DNA of 32,000 bases from Candidatus Saccharimonadota bacterium (lineage in GTDB: Bacteria; Patescibacteriota; Gracilibacteria; UBA4473): the NCBI GenBank assembly GCA_965228485.1, contig OZ245819.1, forward strand, positions 900,001-932,000. Direction: 5' to 3'. Shown here piece by piece: positions 1 through 8,048 of the stretch; position 1 is the stretch's first letter; every line of letters starts with the position of its first letter. A program made the position numbers and the translations under genes. Below the pieces are notes generated by a model. That model made no database searches and was not told where the DNA came from. It was given only the letters and a program-made list of their open reading frames with translations.

Positions 1-137
1 AGTCTTTAGGATCTTGGCTTGGTTTTTTGTCATTTTGTACCAGTTTACCAGTACAGATTATTTTTTTTAATATTGAAGTCAAAAAAATCTGAATAATTGC
101 ACTTTAGTTTCGCTTTATTATCCTAGAAAAAAGACTT

Positions 138-983
138 ATGAGGTTTATAGATTTATTTGCAGGGATTGGTGGATTTCATATTGCATTTCAAAATGCTGGA
201 GGAGTTTGTGTTTTTGCTTCTGAATGGGATGAACATGCAAGAAAGACTTATGATTTTAATCATAGAAAAAGATCTCCAGAACTTTTTAAAAATAAAAATT
301 TTGTAGGTGATATAACCCTTGTAAAACCAAAAGAAATCCCTGATTTTGATGTTTTGTGTGCGGGATTTCCCTGTCAGCCTTTTTCTCAAGCAGGCTTTAA
401 AAGAGGTTTCAATGAAGTAAGGGGGACTTTGTTTTTTGATATTGTAAATATTCTTAGGGAAAAACGGCCAAAGGCTTTTTTTTTAGAGAATGTGAGAGGG
501 CTGTTAAAACATGATGAGGGCAAAACTTTTAGCACAATGAAAAGAATCCTTGAAGATGAGTTAGGATATTCTTTTTATTATAAAGTTATAAAAGCTTCAG
601 ATTTTGGGCTCCCACAGCACAGGCCAAGATTGTTTATGGTAGGGTTTAAAGACCAAAATATAAATTTTGAATTTCCAAAGTCTAAAAAATTAACAATGGA
701 TATGTCAGATATTTGGGGTGGAAAGTGTCCTAAGAAAATTGGATATACATTAAGAGTCGGGGGAAGAGGCTCAAAAATTGATGATAGAAGAAATTGGGAT
801 TCCTATCTTGTAGATGGAAAAGTTAAAAGATTGGGGGTTGAGGAGGCCAAAAAAATGCAAGGATTTCCAGAAGACTTTTTATTTCCAGTTTCAGAAACAC
901 AAGCGATGAAACAACTTGGGAATTCAGTTGCTATTCCTGCAATTGAAGCTGTAGCAGAACAAATTTTTTACCACCTAAATTAA
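138..983 (+). CDS. DNA (cytosine-5)-methyltransferase, compact (281 aa)
   Basis: C5-MTase motifs occur in canonical order: FAGIGG (I, SAM binding), GFPCQPFS (IV, catalytic Cys), ENV (VI), QHRPR (VIII), GNSV (X). A 5-nt gap separates it from the downstream REase gene. Confidence 0.9.
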   Translation: MRFIDLFAGIGGFHIAFQNAGGVCVFASEWDEHARKTYDFNHRKRSPELFKNKNFVGDITLVKPKEIPDFDVLCAGFPCQPFSQAGFKRGFNEVRGTLFFDIVNILREKRPKAFFLENVRGLLKHDEGKTFSTMKRILEDELGYSFYYKVIKASDFGLPQHRPRLFMVGFKDQNINFEFPKSKKLTMDMSDIWGGKCPKKIGYTLRVGGRGSKIDDRRNWDSYLVDGKVKRLGVEEAKKMQGFPEDFLFPVSETQAMKQLGNSVAIPAIEAVAEQIFYHLN

Positions 984-988
984 AATTT

Positions 989-2068
989 ATGAAAGCAAAT
1001 AAAGGGGAATGGAGTGAGTTTTATGCTTTTTTAAAAATTCTTGAGGATAAGAAGTTGCTTGCGGCTGATAAAAACCTTGCAATTGTTCCGGGTAAGTTCT
1101 TTATTTTTAAAAAAATCGTAAGAAGTGAAACTAATCAAGATATAAAAATTTTTGATTTGGAAGGCTCTGAAATTTATATTTTGGATTCAAGAGGGGCATT
1201 TTTAAAAAAAATTAACGACACACGGATAAAAGAAAAAACTATTAAAATATTTGAAAGTATAAAAAATGCAAAAACAACAACTTTTAGCGTGCCAGAAGCC
1301 GAGAGCTTGATGGAAGAACTTTTATGTACTCAAGTAAAAGCTGATAGTTCTAAAAAATCTGATATTGATGGAGTAATTTATGATAGAATTTCTAATAAGG
1401 AAGAATTGCTTGGTTTTTCGGTAAAATCAATGGTTGGCGGAGCTTCAACACTATTAAATGCAGGAAAAACAACTAATTTTATTTATGAAATTACAAACTT
1501 AGATTCTTCTAAAATTGATGAAATCAATTCAATAGAAGGAAAATCTAAAATTCAAGATAGATTAAAAAGTATTTTGGAAAATCAAGGAAAGCTAAATTTT
1601 AATAGAGTTTCAAATGAAGCATTTGAAATTAATCTAAGAAAAATTGATACTGTTTTTTCTGTTTTTATAGCGCAGATGTTACAAGATTTTTTCTCAGGGA
1701 AAGCCACTAAAGTTACTGATTTAGTAGATTTATTAGAAAACGATGAAAATTTAAAAAAATCTTTTAGGCTTTCAAAATCTGATTATGAGTACAAAATAAA
1801 AAATTTTCTAGTTTCTATCGCTTTAGGAATGGTTCCAGGTAAAGTTTGGGATGGGTTTACAAAGGCTCATGGTGGTTATATAGTTGTAAAAAATAATGGA
1901 GATGTAGTATGTTATCATTTATATAATAGAGATGAGTTTTTATCGTATTTGTATGAAAATACAAAGTTTGAGAGTGCTAGTAGTTCAAGGCATGGTTATG
2001 GAAAAATTTATAGAAAAGGGGAAAAAGTGTATTTCAATCTAAATTTGCAAATTAGATTTATAAAATGA
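989..2068 (+). CDS. Type II restriction endonuclease, HpaII-like (359 aa)
   Basis: Sits immediately downstream of the C5-MTase. The N-terminal NKGEWSEFYAFLKIL signature and ~358-aa length match my recollection of the RE_HpaII family. No search was run. Confidence 0.6.
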   Translation: MKANKGEWSEFYAFLKILEDKKLLAADKNLAIVPGKFFIFKKIVRSETNQDIKIFDLEGSEIYILDSRGAFLKKINDTRIKEKTIKIFESIKNAKTTTFSVPEAESLMEELLCTQVKADSSKKSDIDGVIYDRISNKEELLGFSVKSMVGGASTLLNAGKTTNFIYEITNLDSSKIDEINSIEGKSKIQDRLKSILENQGKLNFNRVSNEAFEINLRKIDTVFSVFIAQMLQDFFSGKATKVTDLVDLLENDENLKKSFRLSKSDYEYKIKNFLVSIALGMVPGKVWDGFTKAHGGYIVVKNNGDVVCYHLYNRDEFLSYLYENTKFESASSSRHGYGKIYRKGEKVYFNLNLQIRFIK

Positions 2069-2547
2069 TTTTTTTGGGAATTGATCCAGGATACGAAAGA
2101 TGTGGTTTTGCCGTAATAGAAAAGTTTGGAAGTGCTCAGGTTAAACTTCTTAATTACGGACTGATTAAAACAAGGTCCTCAGACTTATTTGCAGTGCGTC
2201 AGTCAGAAATAGCGGAAGACTTTAGTACGTTACTAGAACGCTATAAGCCAGATATGCTTTCCATTGAAGATTTGTTTTTTGCTCAAAATGTTACCACGGG
2301 GTTAAAGGTTGCTCAGGTTAGAGGAATTTTGACTTACTTAGCCCATGATTTTGGCTGTCAGATTATCGAACCAAAGCCAGTAGAGGTGAAGAAGTTTTTT
2401 TGTGGAGATGGGAAGGCGGATAAGTTGGCCATGAAGCAAATGGCGCAGGTAACTTTTTCATTAAGGTCTTCTCCTAAAATTGATGATACCGCAGATGCTA
2501 TTGCCCTGGCTTATTTTGGAGCAATGAATGTGGACTTTCTGGCTTAG
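2065..2547 (+). CDS. ruvC: Crossover junction endodeoxyribonuclease RuvC
   Basis: N-terminal LGIDPGYERCGFAVI (catalytic Asp), SIEDLFF (Glu) and C-terminal DDTADAIALAY motifs. Length of 160 aa fits. Its ATG overlaps the TGA of the upstream gene (ATGA). Confidence 0.9.
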   Translation: MIFLGIDPGYERCGFAVIEKFGSAQVKLLNYGLIKTRSSDLFAVRQSEIAEDFSTLLERYKPDMLSIEDLFFAQNVTTGLKVAQVRGILTYLAHDFGCQIIEPKPVEVKKFFCGDGKADKLAMKQMAQVTFSLRSSPKIDDTADAIALAYFGAMNVDFLA

Positions 2548-2559
2548 TTCTGGTATAAT
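2531..2559 (+). promoter_or_regulatory. Sigma70-like promoter: TGGACT, 17-nt spacer, TG-n-TATAAT (extended -10), 6 nt before the ATG at 2566
   Basis: -35 TGGACT at 2531-2536, TG at 2551-2552, perfect TATAAT at 2554-2559. The start codon at 2566 lies at the expected TSS distance, implying a leaderless transcript. Confidence 0.45.
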
Positions 2560-2565
2560 ACTTAG

Positions 2566-3537
2566 ATGACAGAAGACCAAAATAATTCACCTGAAGCACC
2601 AGAGGTTGAGGCAGCGGATGAAAAAGCTGTTGTTGAAAGTACTGAAAAGGAGTTTTCTAGAGCGGTAGATAGTCTGGTGGATATTGATGATGACGCACCG
2701 ATTGAGGCTGATGGAGATATATTTTGGACTATTCAACAAATTTTTTGGGGAATTATAAAAACGGTTGTAGTTCTGGGAGGTATTTTGTTGCTACTTTGGT
2801 TTATTTGGCGGCCAGATACTAGCTTTTTTGAAAATTTTCAAATAAGTGAATCGTCTATTCAAGAAGAGACAACTCCAGTAATTGTTGAGGAAGAGGCGAA
2901 AGATGAAGAAGGATGGTTTTCAAATATATTTAAAACTAAAAACGTAGAGCCAATAGAAGACTCCAGTATGAAAACTCCAGAAGAGGATATTAACCAAGAG
3001 ACTGAATCTCCTCTTCCTAGTATTGATACAGATGATGTTACTGATATTGCCTATGAGATTGAAGATGACCGAACTCAGAATGCAGGATCAATTATATCGA
3101 AAAGTTTGGAGTGGTTGAAAAGGGCTAAGGCTTTGGGAGAGGTGTCTTTGGAGGTTATTCGTATCCGAGAGCCGCAAGAAAGAGTCAGAAGGATTGAGGA
3201 GGTATTGCAGACGGCAGATACGCTCTTTGCTAATTCCATTACTATTCAGCAGTTATTGATTTCTGAGAGAGATGAGCTTTTGGTTCAGGGGCAGGCCTAT
3301 AATCAAAAAACGGCAGAATTAGACTTAGCCTTGAAATCTAACATTGCGAAATTTCAGCCTCATACAGTCGAGCCAATTTTGACACAAAAAATTGAATCTC
3401 AGCAGTTAGCCGTTTTTTATATGCAACATGCTAAGCTCCGAGATACGCTGCTTCGAAACGTGCAAACGTTTGATCAGCTTCTACGTCAGAAATCGATTCC
3501 ACTTTTAAAGCCGGCCACGGAGATTCGCGCCAACTAA
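2566..3537 (+). CDS. Hypothetical membrane-anchored protein (acidic N-terminus, one TM, coiled-coil-like C-terminus)
   Basis: 323-aa ORF. It has a hydrophobic segment (FWGIIKTVVVLGGILLLLWFIW) and no recognisable catalytic motif. Confidence 0.55.
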   Translation: MTEDQNNSPEAPEVEAADEKAVVESTEKEFSRAVDSLVDIDDDAPIEADGDIFWTIQQIFWGIIKTVVVLGGILLLLWFIWRPDTSFFENFQISESSIQEETTPVIVEEEAKDEEGWFSNIFKTKNVEPIEDSSMKTPEEDINQETESPLPSIDTDDVTDIAYEIEDDRTQNAGSIISKSLEWLKRAKALGEVSLEVIRIREPQERVRRIEEVLQTADTLFANSITIQQLLISERDELLVQGQAYNQKTAELDLALKSNIAKFQPHTVEPILTQKIESQQLAVFYMQHAKLRDTLLRNVQTFDQLLRQKSIPLLKPATEIRAN

Positions 3538-5212
3538 AAAGTATGCCTATATTCTTTTCTAGTCTTGGTTTTACTGTGTCAGGAACTCTCACCAACCTTT
3601 CTGAAGAGGGATATTGTCGACTATAGGATTTATAAGTGTTTTTTATTGGCACAGATTTTTTAGGTTCTGGTTCAGTATAATTAGGATATTTAGTCGGTTT
3701 TTTTGGGCTATATTGGCTTAGTAGGTTTGAGATCATATCTTCTTGGGGCTTCGGCAAAGCTTTGCTTTTTGAGTCTATTTTTAAGAGGTTTTCAATGATT
3801 ACCTTTTGGCTAGATTGCGAACGACTACTTCCCGGTTGATAGGTGTTAATCTTTAGCTCAGATATGCTACTTCCATTTTGATGGTCCGTTATTACAAGCC
3901 GTATAGTATGTTCTCCTTCTTCTTTAATGTAAAAGCCTTCGGGATTTTGTTTTTCTGAAATGAGTTCATCATTGAAATACCATTGGAATAGTTTTATATC
4001 TTGTTGACCATTTGGATCACTTGAATTTTCGCCTGTTAAATTTAGGTAAAATGGTGTGTATCCACTCTCTTTTCCACTTCCTTGGATCTCTATTAATCCC
4101 TTAGGGTTACTATTTACATTTATATTTTCATTTCCAGGAGAGCCATTGAAATGACGGAATAAGTTCTGAATACTATTTTGATCAGTGATATTTTCTTGTA
4201 TTCCTATTGACTCATTTTCTATTAAATTTTCTACCTCCCAACAGCTGCCAGCCCATAGTTTTTTTAGAATATACTTATCTACTCTTTTTTGCTCTGTTTT
4301 ACTCAGGGTTTTGCTCTGCCAACATACAAAGTCCACAGAAGATTCATTTGATGTGCCTTGCCACAGGATTAATTCAACGGTTCCTGATCCGCTTGATAGT
4401 CCAGGTTTTTTATTTGAAAAAATCTCGTAAGGAGAGGAGGTTTTTGTTATTCCATAAATATCTTCGTTTGTATAAATTAGAATTCGGTCGTTTTTGGATA
4501 CATAAAAATCACTTTCAAATTTCCAGAGAGTTGTACCATTGTGTTTAATGCTTAGATATTTTAGGTTAGATTTTTCTGGAGATTCTTTTATAAATAGTTC
4601 TATAAAATCATTTTTGCTATTGTATGGCGAAATTTCTGATATTATTATTTTTAAGGTGTTTTCCGATGTTGGTTCTTTGTAGTTTTGCTTTAGTTTTGAG
4701 TGACTATATTTAGGGTCTTTATTGGATCTAAATATTAGTGGAAACATATCCTCTCTATCGTTTGAGATGTTATACACTTCAGACCATTCGTACTCTTTTG
4801 TCTTTCCTGATTTTGCTTTCCGATATGAAGCCGAACTCAGAATGTTCTGTTTTTCATCTTTAATCGTAATTTGACCGCCTTCATTTGGCAGTCCGACTGG
4901 AGATTTTTTCCAAGCAAAGAAGGCTGGGGATTTTATTATTTTAAAGTGTAAGTTTTCTATTTTCTGTGCATTTTCTGAGAATTCTAATATTTCTTGATGA
5001 TCGAGAAATAATTTTTTTGTTGAGTTACTTTCTAGCGCCCATTCCGACATGTTAATTTCACTTGTATCTGAAATACTAAACTCGAACCACTCTTCTTCGT
5101 TTCCTATTTTGTGTGGTTGAATTTCTGTTATTTGTACGGTTTGAGCAAAAACTTCTATTTTTAGTCCAGAGGTTATAAAAAGGAGGAGAAATATGTCTAA
5201 GATTCGTTTCAT
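3431..5212 (-). CDS. Secreted protein with two lamin-tail-domain (LTD)-like modules and a PKD-like module
   Basis: N-terminal signal-like peptide MKRILDIFLLLFITSGLKIEVFA. LTD-like signatures ITEIQPH...EEEWFEFS and ISEISPYNSKNDFIELF. PKD-like segment FYLNLTGENSSDPNG...FQWYFND. Confidence 0.65.
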   Translation of the reverse strand: MKRILDIFLLLFITSGLKIEVFAQTVQITEIQPHKIGNEEEWFEFSISDTSEINMSEWALESNSTKKLFLDHQEILEFSENAQKIENLHFKIIKSPAFFAWKKSPVGLPNEGGQITIKDEKQNILSSASYRKAKSGKTKEYEWSEVYNISNDREDMFPLIFRSNKDPKYSHSKLKQNYKEPTSENTLKIIISEISPYNSKNDFIELFIKESPEKSNLKYLSIKHNGTTLWKFESDFYVSKNDRILIYTNEDIYGITKTSSPYEIFSNKKPGLSSGSGTVELILWQGTSNESSVDFVCWQSKTLSKTEQKRVDKYILKKLWAGSCWEVENLIENESIGIQENITDQNSIQNLFRHFNGSPGNENINVNSNPKGLIEIQGSGKESGYTPFYLNLTGENSSDPNGQQDIKLFQWYFNDELISEKQNPEGFYIKEEGEHTIRLVITDHQNGSSISELKINTYQPGSSRSQSSQKVIIENLLKIDSKSKALPKPQEDMISNLLSQYSPKKPTKYPNYTEPEPKKSVPIKNTYKSYSRQYPSSERLVRVPDTVKPRLEKNIGILFSWRESPWPALKVESISDVEADQTFARFEAAYLGA

Positions 5213-5280
5213 TTTTTATAGAAATAAAGGTAATTTGGATTTAGAAAAGAAGGCCTTTTAATAGCAATTTAATTTGTTTT

Positions 5281-6588
5281 ATGACGACGCTACGTTTAAA
5301 GAAATATTTATTTAGAGGAGGAGTATTACTCGGAGCTTCAGCATTACTCTCAAAATTGTTGGGATTGTGGAGAGATCGTTTGGTGGTTTCCACCTTTTCT
5401 CCTGAACATGCTGATCTGGTTTATGCGGCCTTTAGAATTCCTGATTTTTTTTATTACCTTTTGGTAGGGGCTACAATTTCTGTAATTTTTCTACCGAAGA
5501 TTGTCGAATTGAGTGAATCCGAACAAATAGAGTATTTTTCTTCTTTTTTGTTGGGGGTTCTGGTGTTTTTTGGCCTTTTGAGTGGGGTTGGAATTATTTT
5601 TGCTGATAACTTGGTACAACTCTTTGCTTCTGGATTTGCCGCTCCCCTTCAGGGAGAAATTGCGCAGTTAGCTCGTATATTATTTTCATCAGTGTTCTTG
5701 CTTTCCTTGTCGAGTGTGTTTTCTGCTAACCTGCAATCAAAAGAGCATTTTGCTTCTATTGCAGCGGCGCCATTGATTTATATGGGGAGTATTGCTCTTA
5801 CTTTGTTTGTTGTTGGTGATGAGTGGGGAATTTCAGTAGTTGGTTTTGGTGCTGTGATCGGAGCGGTGTTTCACTTACTTGTTACGGGAGGAAGTTACTT
5901 ATTTCGAGGGGGAAGGGTGGTTTTGTGTTGGCAAAAACCTAAAAAAGCCTGGAAGGATTTTTCAGGTGATTTTGGGCGAAGAGTTTTTAATAATGCGGCT
6001 TTTCAGATAAATCAGTCTGTTGATGTTTGGATTGGAAGTTTCCTGCTTATTGGTTCTGTGACGGCTTTTACCCTGGGAACAAATTTAGGGCATTTCTTGT
6101 TGTCGATTGTTGGAATGTCGGTTGCAAACTCAGCTTTTCCAAAACTTTCTAGAGCCAAACACAATTACTCTCAGCAGAAGAAAATATTAATTTCTTCTAT
6201 TAAGTGGATTTGGTTTATTTGTATTCCTGCAAGTTGTATTTGTGCGTTATTTTCTCGAGAGATTTTGATGTTATTATTTGGACTAGAGGGAGCTCGTTTG
6301 GATATGACAGAAGTGGTTTTTTTCTGGACGGTTATTAGCCTCCCTTTTGCTTGCGTGTTGCCTGCTTGTTCCCGTGTGTTCTTGGCTAATGACGATACTG
6401 CAACACCATTGTATGCTACTATTACGTCGCTTTTTGTGGCGACCTCTTTAGCGGCTTATCTAAGCTTGATCTATCTTCCAAAGGAAGAGGCAATTTTGGG
6501 ATTAGCTTTGGGAAATTTTACGGCCAATAGTTTGGGATTTTTATTGTTTGCTATTTTATTGTGGTATAAATACGAGCGAAAATGTTAG
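5281..6588 (+). CDS. murJ: Lipid II flippase MurJ/MviN family (short, 435 aa)
   Basis: N-terminal SKLLGLWRDRLVVSTF...AAFRIPDFFYYLLVGATIS matches the MurJ signature. The protein is polytopic and hydrophobic. Confidence 0.75.
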   Translation: MTTLRLKKYLFRGGVLLGASALLSKLLGLWRDRLVVSTFSPEHADLVYAAFRIPDFFYYLLVGATISVIFLPKIVELSESEQIEYFSSFLLGVLVFFGLLSGVGIIFADNLVQLFASGFAAPLQGEIAQLARILFSSVFLLSLSSVFSANLQSKEHFASIAAAPLIYMGSIALTLFVVGDEWGISVVGFGAVIGAVFHLLVTGGSYLFRGGRVVLCWQKPKKAWKDFSGDFGRRVFNNAAFQINQSVDVWIGSFLLIGSVTAFTLGTNLGHFLLSIVGMSVANSAFPKLSRAKHNYSQQKKILISSIKWIWFICIPASCICALFSREILMLLFGLEGARLDMTEVVFFWTVISLPFACVLPACSRVFLANDDTATPLYATITSLFVATSLAAYLSLIYLPKEEAILGLALGNFTANSLGFLLFAILLWYKYERKC

Positions 6589-7457
6589 TAAAGGAAAGTT
6601 TCCGGGTACTGGCAAATGAACATGGACAAAGAATTGACTTGGTCTGTGCGCAGAGATTTCCAAAAATTTCGAGATCTCAATGGAGTAAGAGAGGGAGCTT
6701 TTATTGCAACAATATTTTAAAAACGGGTAAATCAAAGGCAAAAGAGGGGGATGTTTGGAATGTTGAATGCGATATGCAAGTATTTAATGATGAAATTATC
6801 CCTTGGAATTTTTCTCTAAAAATTTTAGAAGAACATGATGATTGGGTAGTTATTGATAAGCCTTATGGAATCTCGGTACATCCATCAATTTCAGACAATT
6901 CTCAAGAAACCATTATCAATGCATTGGTCCACCATTTTGGTAAAAATTTGTCAGAAAATTACGACGAAATAGAGGGAAAAAAAGTACCACGTCCAGGCTT
7001 GGTGCATCGTTTGGATAAAACGACTTCGGGGGTTCTTTTGGTAGCAAAAAATAATGCTGCTCATAGTTTTTTTCAGTCTCACTGGTCTGAGTTTGAAAAA
7101 ACATACATGGCCTTGGTTTCTGGTCGTCCACCTGAAGAAGGTCGAATTGAATCGGGCATTGTTCGTGATCCCTATGATAGAAAGAAGATGATGGCTTCTG
7201 ATACAGATAAAGCAAAGTGGGCTATAACAGAATTTAAAAAGTTAGAACAGAGAGGAAATGAGGCTTTGATGGCCATCAAGATTCTTACAGGGCGAACTCA
7301 TCAGATTCGAGTTCATATGAGTTCGATTGGATTCCCCGTGGTTGGAGATGTTTTGTATGGAGGTATAGAAGCTGACAGAGTTATGTTACACGCTGAATCT
7401 CTAAAATTTTTTGATACGAAAAGTGAATTTATGGTGTCTTCTAAAATTGTTTTTTAA
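6582..7457 (+). CDS. RluA-family pseudouridine synthase (RluD-like)
   Basis: Catalytic HRLDKTTSGVLLVAKN motif and GRTHQIRVH motif. Overlaps the murJ stop by 7 nt. Confidence 0.85.
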   Translation: MLVKESFRVLANEHGQRIDLVCAQRFPKISRSQWSKRGSFYCNNILKTGKSKAKEGDVWNVECDMQVFNDEIIPWNFSLKILEEHDDWVVIDKPYGISVHPSISDNSQETIINALVHHFGKNLSENYDEIEGKKVPRPGLVHRLDKTTSGVLLVAKNNAAHSFFQSHWSEFEKTYMALVSGRPPEEGRIESGIVRDPYDRKKMMASDTDKAKWAITEFKKLEQRGNEALMAIKILTGRTHQIRVHMSSIGFPVVGDVLYGGIEADRVMLHAESLKFFDTKSEFMVSSKIVF

Positions 7458-7463
7458 GAGTTG

Positions 7464-7491
7464 TTGACTTTTTTTGTTTTTGGATTAAATT
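7464..7491 (+). promoter_or_regulatory. Putative promoter: TTGACT, 16-nt spacer, TAAATT
   Basis: -35 at 7464-7469 and -10 at 7486-7491, about 20 nt upstream of the ATG at 7512. Confidence 0.4.
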
Positions 7492-7511
7492 GCAAAAAAT
7501 AATTTTAGAAA

Positions 7512-8048
7512 ATGGTTACCGTAGCAGAACAAATTGCAAATGCTGAATACGCACGACAACAAAGAGAAGAGGCTGTGGAAGCGGTTGCGATGAGTATTTT
7601 TGAAAAGCTGGATGGAGCTGTTGAGATTACTCGACAAGATGTTTTGAAGGCGATTACAGAATTCGAAGGTGAGATAAAACCAACACTTGATCAAGTGGAA
7701 AAGTATCTATTGGAAATTGATATTAAAGTGGTCGAGCAGGCAGCAGAAGTTGTAGAGGCTGTAGAAACTACTGTAAGTGAAAATCCCTTGGCTGTGGCTG
7801 CAGGAAAAATTGTTGGTATCTTGGGAGATAATATTAATAGTGGGGAGTCGGTAGCAGAGGTTCTGAAACGTTGTAGCCCAGCTGTAATTCAGGCTATGAC
7901 CGAAGGAAGAAGAGGAAAAACGGCTCTAAACGCTGAAAATACTTGGAAAGCAATGGTCACACTACTTCCGAAACTGGGGAACAATGGTGCGGCTCATAAG
8001 TTTTTTATCGAGGCGTTTTCTAATTTGAGAACTACTTCACCAAGATAG
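7512..8048 (+). CDS. Hypothetical acidic protein (178 aa)
   Basis: ORF preceded by a promoter-like element. No recognisable motifs. Its 3' end overlaps the alaS 3' end by 17 nt (convergent). Confidence 0.5.
   Translation: MVTVAEQIANAEYARQQREEAVEAVAMSIFEKLDGAVEITRQDVLKAITEFEGEIKPTLDQVEKYLLEIDIKVVEQAAEVVEAVETTVSENPLAVAAGKIVGILGDNINSGESVAEVLKRCSPAVIQAMTEGRRGKTALNAENTWKAMVTLLPKLGNNGAAHKFFIEAFSNLRTTSPR

Noticed and set aside
37-56. Short direct repeat ACCAGT-TT-ACCAGT flanked by GTAC, upstream of the MTase gene, as a possible controller operator
   Set aside because: It is very short, no C-protein gene is present, and it lies too far upstream (more than 80 nt) of the ATG without a convincing promoter.
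2066-2068. Alternative genetic code (UGA recoded, as in some candidate phyla)
   Set aside because: The TGA here ends the REase at the expected family length, and long ORFs throughout the window read cleanly with the standard code.
4185-4548. Two overlapping plus-strand ORFs (81 and 113 aa)
   Set aside because: They are antisense to the LTD/PKD protein gene, with no start context and hydrophobic low-complexity translations.
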